The position numbers and the translations under genes are program-made. The notes below the pieces were generated by a model. It worked only from the letters and a program-made list of their open reading frames with translations. It was not told the DNA's origin and searched no databases. Shown here piece by piece: positions 9,580 to 24,400 of a stretch of DNA of 64,000 nt (position 1 is the first letter of the stretch; each line of letters begins with the position of its first letter). The stretch spans positions 1 to 64,000 of the forward strand of contig NIVC01001181.1 of the NCBI GenBank assembly GCA_002269645.1, read 5' to 3'. Origin of the DNA: Macrostomum lignano. Lineage: Eukaryota.

Positions 9580-11409
9580 GAGTCGCTGAAAGGCGAGTGG
9601 GGACTAGAGGTGAGAAGCCGCTGGGCCGTAACCCCAAACCCAACAGCCAGGCCAAGAGGCAGCGACCGGGGGTGGCTTAAGCCCGTACCGGCCCGACCGC
9701 TAGCAACCGAGAAACTCCCCGGCTAAGAGCCCGGCTTGGAGAAACCAGAGGCCGAACCAAAGGACCATCAGCACGGTACTACACTGGGCCCTTGAGGGAA
9801 GCAGGAGGACTGCCTCCGGAGCCTGCGGACTGGCCGCATACCCTGTTAAGGTCAGAGGGTGGTACCTGTTCCTCAGAGCCGTGGCCAGAGGTACCTGCAC
9901 AGGTTCACTTCCGGGCGGAGCCCGTACCCAACTTGGCCAAAAGGCCACGGATGGGTTGCCGCCGCCGGAGCCCAGTCAGTCCAGCAGCCCTAGGGCTGCC
10001 TTGAACACATGCGGGGCGCGAACCCCTGGGTCGGCTTGCGAGTCAGCTTGGAGAGAGTTCTCCTGCCATTCCTGCACCAGAATAGAGGGGGTGCAGGTGT
10101 GTAGGATCGCAGACCTTAGCTCGTAGGCCTAGTCTGTCTCATGCTACACAGGCGTGCTGTACCCGCCATTGCATGCGAAAAAATCGGCCACGCTTCCATT
10201 TTGAGACCCTTAGGCTTTATAGATAGACCAAGAAATTACACGACGTCTAACTCCAGTTGTTTTCTAATAATACGAGAACTTGTTGGCAAAGCAATTAGAT
10301 TCTAGTTCACAACGATTCGTCCCATTTGAGTCGTATTTCTCACGAAAAATCAAACTCTGCTTGTTGCTTGTAAGCAACTACACACCTTTTCACGTTCAAT
10401 TTTGATCAAAGTCCAGTTCTAAAAAAACTAGCGGAAATTCAATTCAGACAATTCAGGCAACGCTTACGGGAAATCAATAAAAACAAACCCCAGCTCAAAA
10501 CATTCTGTCCATTTTGCCACTGAAGCAAGGTTTAGCCACAGACAAAATTGTCCCCAGTCTGAATTTGACTTTCCGCTAGTTTTTTTAGAACTGTGGACCT
10601 TGATCAAGATTGAACGTGAAAGGTTTACTTTAAGTAGTCTATAACCCAGTTTTAAGTGAAATTTCAAGCAGAATCGCTCGGGAAATTGACGTCTGTGTTT
10701 TTCACAAGCTGGACTCACTTCTTTATCCAGTTAGCGTTAAAATAGTACATTTCAATGGAAACTATTTGACACTATTGGAATTTACTTAATTATTATTTAT
10801 TAGTGAAAGCGGAATTTTATCTACAATTAAGATATTTGTTGAAATTATACTACCGCTCGTAAATAAAACCACTTGAACCGCGACAATCAAAGAAATACTT
10901 AGTCAATTGTAGTCAATTACAAATAACTGCTGTAGAAAATAGCGTGCTCGAAGGGACTATTTTAATTTAAACTTTTATTTAGAGTAGTCCCTGGCCGGCG
11001 TGCCAGCGAGTTTGCAAAAAGAGTAATCATGTGTAATTACCAAGGGCAAGTCTATCATCAATTTGAGTCGATAAAAACTATCTGATTCATGGTCAGTTCA
11101 TAATTCTTCATTCGTTCAATCAGCTTCTTTATTGTTTTGAGCTTAGAATCGAAATTATTGATGCCCATAGCAGGTAGCAGCGCATGTACTCGTAGCTAGA
11201 CAATTTTAGAAGCAATAACTTAGAGCTCTGTGTTGTTTATCACTTTTCTGTCCGGCTCTGCACAGTCTGGAAATTGATTTTTGAAGATTGATTTAAAAAG
11301 GGGAAATGGAAAGCCGCGGGAAGACACAATATCAGAAAAAATTTCTTTAGTAGTCTGGAGTCAAACAGTACACAATATCCCAACACGCTTACATCCCTTA
11401 CTTTTACCA

Positions 11410-12600
11410 GCTGACAACCCCTTCAGCTGACAACCATCACAACCAAAACCCCATCAGCTGACTCCATACAACCATCTCAATCGACAACTCATTAGCTGAC
11501 AACCATCTCAATCGACAACTCATCAGCCGACAACCATCTCAACCGACAACTCATTAGCCGATAACCATCTCAACCGACAACTCATCAGCCGACAACCATC
11601 TCAACCGACAACTCATTAGCCGATAACCATCTCAACCGACAACTCATTAGCCGACAACCATCTCAACCGACAACTTATTAGCCGACAACCATCTCAACCG
11701 ACAACTCATCAGCCGACAACAATCTCAACCGACAACTCATCAGCCGACAACCATCTCAACCGACAACTTATTAGCCGACAACCATCTCAATCGACAACTC
11801 ATCAGCCGACAACCATCTCAACCGACAACTCATTAGCCGACAACCATCTCAACCGACAACTCATCAGCCGACAACCATCTCAACCGACAACTCATCAGCC
11901 GACAACCATCTCAACCGACAACTTATTAGCCGACAACCATCTCAACCGACAACTCATCAGCCGACAACCATCTCAACCGACAACTCATTAGCCGACAACC
12001 ATCTCAACCGACAACTCATTAGCCGACAACCATCTCAACCGACAACTTATTAGCCGACAACCATCTCAACCGACAACTCATTAGCCGACAACCATCTCAA
12101 CCGACAACTCATTAGCCGACAACCATCTCAACCGACAACTTATTAGCCGACAACCATCTCAACCCGACAACTCATCAGCCGACAATAATCTCAACCGACA
12201 ACTCATCAGCCGACAACCATCTCAACCGACAACTTATTAGCCGACAACCATCTCAACCGACAACTTATTAGCCGACAACCATCTCAATCGACAACTCATC
12301 AGCCGACAACCATCTCAACCGACAACTCATTAGCCGACAACCATCTCAACCGACAACTCATTAGCCGACAACCATCTCAACCGACAACTCATTAGCCGAC
12401 AACCATCTCAACCGACAACTTATTAGCCGACAACCATCTCACCGACAACTCATCAGCCGACAACCATCTCAACCGACAACTCATTAGCCGACAACCATCT
12501 CAACCGACAACTCATTAGCCGACAACCATCTCAACCGACAACCCCATCAGCTGACTGCAACCATCTTAACCGACAACCATCTCAACCGACAACCCATCAG
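11410..12600. repeat. 31-bp minisatellite built from two related 15/16-bp subunits
   Basis: Unit ccgacaaccatctcaa+ccgacaactcattag, roughly 35 copies, no unique spacers. Confidence 0.95.
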
Positions 12601-13146
12601 CTGGCAAACCTTTGAGCCATAAACCATGAAAAAGTATCAAAAGACCTAAAGTGTTAAATATGCATGGATAAATATTCAGAAAATAATTTATTACTCCGAT
12701 GCAATATTTTCATCAGCCTAGATTTTTGTTATCCTTGTCATCCTTGTTGTCCTAGTTATTAACTCTCGAATAGCCTCAAAAACAGCTGCGCCACGTCTCT
12801 TTAATCATCCCAACATCCCACCGTTTGCTAAGCTCGTATTCGTCAATTGAGAACTGAGGGAGCCTTGGGGTTTGAGTCGGGTTGGATGGGAGACCAGCCT
12901 AGCCGGCTAAAACCGGACCCAACCGGATCCCCCCATCTCACAACCTCCCAGCCCGCAGCTCATCTGCCGAATCACGTAGGAACAGCGTGCAACGTCAGCA
13001 TTAAGGAATCTAGGCTATCTGTGGATTTCCCACGACCAGCCCCCCTCCCCTGACTCAGGACGGGAACTGGAATGGAAATTCCCCCTCACCTTCCTACTGG
13101 CCGCTTTCTAACCGGCTATATTACCTCGCCGTCGCCCTCGCCCCCA

Positions 13147-13191
13147 CCCCGCCTCCGCGGAGTAAATCCTTGGTCTCAGACTTATATAAAA
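13147..13191 (+). promoter_or_regulatory. Candidate core promoter of the SLC6 gene (GC box + TATA)
   Basis: CCCCGCCTCC at 13147-13156 and TATATAAAA at 13183-13191, ~80 bp upstream of the ATG, at the end of a GC-rich island (12855-13170). Confidence 0.45.
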
Positions 13192-13265
13192 ATACGATCT
13201 GAAGGATTTGGAGCCAGACTTTGATTCTGCAAGCTTCCTGATATATTTACTGAATCGCGTTATCA

Positions 13266-18901
<5,636 letters not shown>

Positions 18902-19024
18902 TTATGTTAATTAGGGTTAAGCGTATAATTAACGCTGTTTTGAAATGAACTTTTAAACGACGGTCGAGAGTTCATGGAGTAGTTTAAACATAACAGAAAA
19001 AAATATTTTTTTAGTTTAAGCCAT

Positions 19025-19400
19025 ACCGTTTCTTAGAATTTCCCTATTAATTGAATAGCATTGCTGCTTGGTTTCTTAGAATTTCCCTATTTATTTAAAA
19101 TAGCATTGCTGCTTGGTTTCTTAGAATTTCCCTATTTATTTAAAATAGCATTGCTGCTTGGTTTCTTAGAATTTCCCTATTTAATGAATGGCAAAGCTGC
19201 TTGGTTTCTTAGAATTTCCCTATTTAATAAATGGCAAAGCTGCTTGATTTCTTAGAATTTCCCTGTTTATTTAAAATAGCATTGCTGCTTGGTTTCTTAG
19301 AATTTCCCTATTTAATGAATGGCAAAGCTGCTTGATTTCTTAGAATTTCCCTATTTATTGAATAGCCTAGCGACTGTATTTCATAGAATTTCAAATTTAT
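19025..19400. repeat. ~45-bp AT-rich minisatellite downstream of the SLC6 stop
   Basis: Unit gcattgctgcttggtttcttagaatttccctatttatttaaaata, ~8 copies. Confidence 0.9.
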
Positions 19401-20329
19401 TGAATGCCAAAGTGACTGGATTTCTCGGAATCTCAATTTTATTATCCAAGCTGTATTATTTGTGACGAATTCCCTATTAATTAAAAATCTTAGATACTAT
19501 ATTTCTCAGAGAAATTTCCACTCTGAATATCTAAGGAACGTAATTAATAAACAATTACTTTCTTTCAATCGCACAAATAATGAATTAATCTATAGCTTAA
19601 ATTTTAGACAAGTAAACTACTGAGTTAGTAAGTAGTATAAATCATGAACTCGAGACTGTTTGAAACCTTCAGCAATTTTTTTTAATCAGCAAAGAATTAA
19701 ACTTTGCAAATTGCAATAGAATAGTCTATATCTGTCGTCGAAATTGCCTTTCTAAAAAGCAATTTCTTAAAGTTAGAACTCGTGTTTTTGGCTTTTCTAT
19801 CATTAGAATCGTCATATCTTTAGTGTAAAGCTCTGGTAGCTTTGCAAGTACACATGTACGCTCGTACTTTAAAATTTACCCTATTGTGTTTTTCTGCTTG
19901 CCATTTTTGTTCTAAGTAGTTTTAATTAGCCATGGAATCACCATGGGGACACTTTTTTTCTCATGCATTTCAGGATTTACTATTAAATTAGCTTAAAAAG
20001 TATATCTAATGCTCTACTAATAGTAATATATTCCGTAATTGAGTAGTAGTTAAGCGCAAGTTCAAATAATTCTTTTTATAAGATCATTTTGAAACATTTC
20101 TTTCACAGTTTTACTCAAGGCGTTCTCTTTTGTCGTCAGTTTTTTTTGTATCTTCTGTTAAAAAGTATTGTGTTGATTTTAATTCGATATTGTGTGCGTC
20201 ATTACAACTAGTCTTGGTGTTTGCGACTTAAAAATATAGTTCACAAGCTCCACCCAAAAAGGCAGGTCTGCCAAGGGCGCTACAAAAATTGTTTGGCTTG
20301 ACTTGTTTTTGACCGAATGCATCAGAGTG

Positions 20330-20830
20330 GCTGGAGTAGGAGAGAGGACAGGAAGAGGAAGAGAGAGGGAGAGGGAGAGGGAGAGGGAGAGACGGAGATT
20401 GAGAGGGAAAGACGGAGACGGAAAGACGGAAAACGGAGAGGGAAAGATGAAAATGGAGAGGGAAAGACGGAGACAGGGGCGGAGAGGGAGAGACGGAGAG
20501 GGAGAGGGAGAGACGGCGAGGGAGAGACGGCGAGGGAGAGACGGAGACAGAGGCGGATAGGGAGAGACGGAGAGGGAGAGGGAGAGACGGAGAGGGAGAG
20601 GGAGAGACGGAGAGGGAGAGGGAGAGACGGAGTGGGAGAGGGAGAGACGGAGTGGGAGAGGGAGAGACGGAGAGGGAGAGGGAGAGACGGAGAGGGAGAG
20701 GGAGAGACGGAGAGGGAGAGACGGCGAGGGAGAGGGGGAAGGAGAGGTAGGCGGGGAGAGGGAGAGCCGGAGAGGGGGAGGGGGTGGCAGACGGGGAGGG
20801 GGAGAGACGGAGAGATTAAGGGGAGGTAGA
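20330..20830. repeat. Polypurine (GA-rich) low-complexity repeat
   Basis: gagagggagagacggagaggg-type units. Confidence 0.9.
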
Positions 20831-21331
20831 TGGAGAGGGGGTGACACAGAGAAGACAGCAAGGGATCGCACACAGAGTTTCACAGGAGGATGAAGCGAAC
20901 CAACTCGCCACAGGGACAGCAAAGAATTTTCTATACTGTAAAAAAGCTGCCTATCCAGCAGCCACAGCGCAGAAAAAAGCAAAACAAATCCAGTCTGGTT
21001 CGGTTTGCGGCCGACATGCCCACCTATTGAATCTCTAAGAATTGCATACCTGATAGAGGCTTGCAATCCGCCCTGCAGTCAGTATCAGCAAAGTGGACTG
21101 TTGTACACCTAGGCAGTCCTGCCAGCTTCTTATCTGCATCAGCACAGGCTGCAGTGTTTACAGTAGAGTTCAGTTTGCCGTACATTGGCGACAGAGCCTG
21201 AAGTTATCAGCGGGCAACCTAGTCCGCAGCCTCATATCTCATTGGCAACTAATTATCTTAGCCTGCATGGCCTTCATTAAAGCAAGAAATGATCTCGTGT
21301 ATTCTGTCTGATTTTAGTTCACAGGGCGCCG

Positions 21332-21339
21332 TATATAAA
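21332..21339 (+). promoter_or_regulatory. Candidate TATA box of the BAR gene
   Basis: TATATAAA ~75 bp upstream of the candidate first ATG (21412). Confidence 0.35.
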
Positions 21340-21411
21340 TCATGCATTGGCGCTGGCTTTCACACTGGCCTTCCTGCCACCAGCTCCTGCCCTCCTGTAT
21401 CCGCCAGCAAC

Positions 21412-24400
21412 ATGGAAACCCTCAGGAAGATGGTAAAGTTTTGGCTCTGCATTTATATCGAACTGGCTTTTTCTAAAATAGGATTGGCTAAAATTTATTG
21501 GAGATTCGATTTTCATCAACACTCACTTCGATTGCTGCTTAGTTGGATGTTTCTATCTGGGGCTTCTTGCGACTCTGCTAATTGCTTTAAAGAGGTATTG
21601 ATTGCTAATTCTTGGCCTTGTGCTGCGCGCGACCCAATTTTTGTTTTAGAATTTCAGCGGCCTCTCACCTTCGGCTTCGAGCGGCATGGCTGAGACCGAC
21701 TCGGTAATGGCGAGCGATGAGAAGCTCAAGAATTTGAAGGTGAGTTCATGAGTGAGTTTGTGGGTGAGTTTATGAGTAGTATATGTGTGTTTATAAATTA
21801 GTTTATGACTGAGTTTATGTGTGTTTATAAATTAGTTTATGACTGAGTTTATGGGAGCGTTTATTGGTGAGTTTATAGGTGTGTTAATAAATGAGTTTAC
21901 GCTCGTATGAGTGAGTTTATGAGTCAGTTTAGGAATAAGTTTATCCGTGTGTTTATAAATTTGTTTATAGATGAGTTGAGAGTATGTTTATGATTGAGTT
22001 TACGTGTGAGTTTATGGATGTGCTTATAAGGTGAGTTTTTTGAGTGAATTTATCAGTGAGTCAGTCTCAACCATGAGTGAGTTTATTGAGTTTTTGAGTG
22101 AGTTTATTAGTGATTTAATGAATCAGTTCATGCATGAGCTCCTGAATGATTTCACAAGTAATTTTATGAATGAATAAACTATGCGCTTATAGAATCAGTT
22201 TATTTTAATTTTTACATTTCAGAAAAAGATGGATAGACTGTATAAAGTTCTTCGACAATACACGGAGTCCTATAGAAGTGAGTGAAGGAATATTCCCTGA
22301 GAATTAATGTCGAATTTAATGAAGGAATATCTTGGGTGTGGCTTAAGCTTCTCTTCTCTTATTTAGGCTAGGGGTAGAGAGTCGGGGAGGAGTGGGGTTT
22401 ATTCAGGCTAGGGGTAGAGAGTCGGGGAGGAGTGGGGTTTATTTAGGCTAGGGGTAGAGAGTCGGGGAGGAGTGGGGTTTATTTAGGCTAGGGGTAGAGA
22501 GTCGGGGAGGAGTGGGGTTTATTTAGGCTAGGGGTAGAGAGTCCGGGAGGAGTGGGGTTTATTTAGGCTAGGGGTAGAGAGTCGGGGAGGAGTGGGGTTT
22601 ATTTAGGCTTGGGGTAGAGATTCGGGGAGGAGTGGGGTTTATTTAGGCTAGGGGTCGAGAGTCGGGTAGAAGTGGGGTTTATTTAGGCTAGGGGTAGAGA
22701 TTCGGGGAGGAGTGGGGTTTATTTAGGCTAGGGGTAGAGAGTCGGGGAGGAGTGGGGTTTATTTAGGCTAGGGGTCGAGAGTCCGGGAGGAGTGGGGTTT
22801 ACTTAGGCTAGGGGTAGAGAGTCGGGGAGGAGTGGGGTTTATTTAGGCTAGGGGTAGAGAGTCGGGGAGGTGTGGGGTTTATTTAGGCTAGGGGTAGAGA
22901 GTCGGGGAGGAGTGGGGTTTATTTAGGCTAGGGGTAGAGAGTCGGGGAGGTGTGGGGTTTATTTAGGCTAGGGGTAGAGAGTCGGGGAGGAGTGGGGATT
23001 ATTTAGGCTAGGGGTAGAGAGTCGGGGAGGAGTGGAGTAGTATAGTAGTGCCTTTAATGGGTTTCATTGCAAACAGCCCCAGTTAACACTTAGTTATCTC
23101 GTCTCCAGCCTTCATCACATCGCAGCAGAAGTTTTTCTCAGAGTTGGACAGCCTGTATGAAGACAACTGGGTTGAGAAGTCAGAGTTTAGACGCAGCTTT
23201 GAGGTAAAAAAATTTTTTGTCATAAAACGTGCATTTATAGAATAAAAAGTCTTAATAATTTTGCAAAATCATTTGCAGATTCTGACAAATATTGGGCAAA
23301 ACGGTGCAAAGAGCCTGGAGACAATTCCGATTGAGGAGACGATTGTGTTTAAGGATCAGTTTGGCCCGTATGAGGTGAGCTGCGATTAACAGTTACGGTT
23401 TATTGAAGTATTAGGGACTCTCTACCCCTAGCCTAAATAAACCCCACTTCTACCCGACTCTCTACCCCAAGCCTAAATAAACCCCACTCCTCCCCGACTC
23501 TCTACCCCAAGCCTAAATAAACCCCACTCCTCCCCGACTCTCTACCCCTAGCCTAAATAAACCCCACTCCTCCCCGACTCTCTACCCCTAGCCTAAATAA
23601 ACCCCACTCCTCCCCGACTCTCTGCCCCTAGCCTAAATAAACCCCACTCCTCCCCGACTCTCTACCCCTAGCCTAAATAAACCCCACTTCTACCCGACTC
23701 TCTACCCCAAGCCTAAATAAACCCCACTCCTCCCCGACTCTCTACCCCAAGCCTAAATAAACCCCACTCCTCCCCGTAATTATTGAAGTTTTTTATCTCA
23801 ATGGGCTATTTAAACATCTGTATTCGCCATGAATTACAATTTACTATCCTAGCATTTAATTTCACTAAACTGATTTTCTTTCTAAATTCCCTGTACACTC
23901 AATTCCCCGCGACTCAGATAGTCTACTTTTTTATTTTTGATTCCCTGTATTCCCCATTATTTCACCTCCCATGCCTTAAACTGCATATATGAGCTTCCAA
24001 TTTCCTAAATTCACCAATCCCTATTCCCCCATTCCCTAAAGTTCCCACTTCCTATATTCCTTATTCCGTAATCCCCATTGCCTAATCCCCATTGCCTAAT
24101 CCCTATTACCTAATCCCCATTCCCTAATCCACCATTTCCTAATCTCCCATTTACTAATCCCTCATTGCCTAATCCCCTATTCCCTAATCCTCCATTGCCT
24201 AATCCCCATTGCATAATCCCCATTCCCTAATCCCCATTCCCTAATCCCCATTGGCTAATCCCCCATTCCCTAATCCCCATTGGCTAATCCCCCATTCCCT
24301 AATCCCCCACTTTCTAATCCCCATTTCATAAATACACCAATAAAAAACCATTCCCCAAAACATTCTCAGAAAGAGATCAAGGACTACATTGAAAAGACGA

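Larger units (their letters stand above)
4292..10179 (-). mobile_element. Full-length non-LTR retrotransposon (LINE), LOA/Lian-like, 5,888 bp
   Basis: 12-bp TSD AAAATCGGCCAC at 4280-4291 and 10180-10191. 3' tail ends CTAAGTCTAA. ~600-bp 5' UTR, then ORF1 and an ORF2 with APE, RT, RNase H and CCHC domains. The QLNLHHC APE start plus a C-terminal RNase H fits the LOA clade. Confidence 0.92.

Noticed and set aside
4797-10126. Plus-strand ORFs overlapping the LINE (and 61502-63694 overlapping the Gypsy pol)
   Set aside because: These are antisense shadows of GC-rich coding sequence with no recognisable motifs.
11410-12600. 31-bp repeat as a CRISPR array, or as a hammerhead ribozyme array (CTGATGAG on the minus strand)
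   Set aside because: There are no unique spacers or cas genes and the context is eukaryotic. The hammerhead GAAA half and stems are absent.
12883-12896. TTGGATGGGAGACC, an exact match to part of the 5S rRNA internal promoter
   Set aside because: Only 14 nt. The flanks do not follow 5S, and such a match is not very unlikely in 64 kb.
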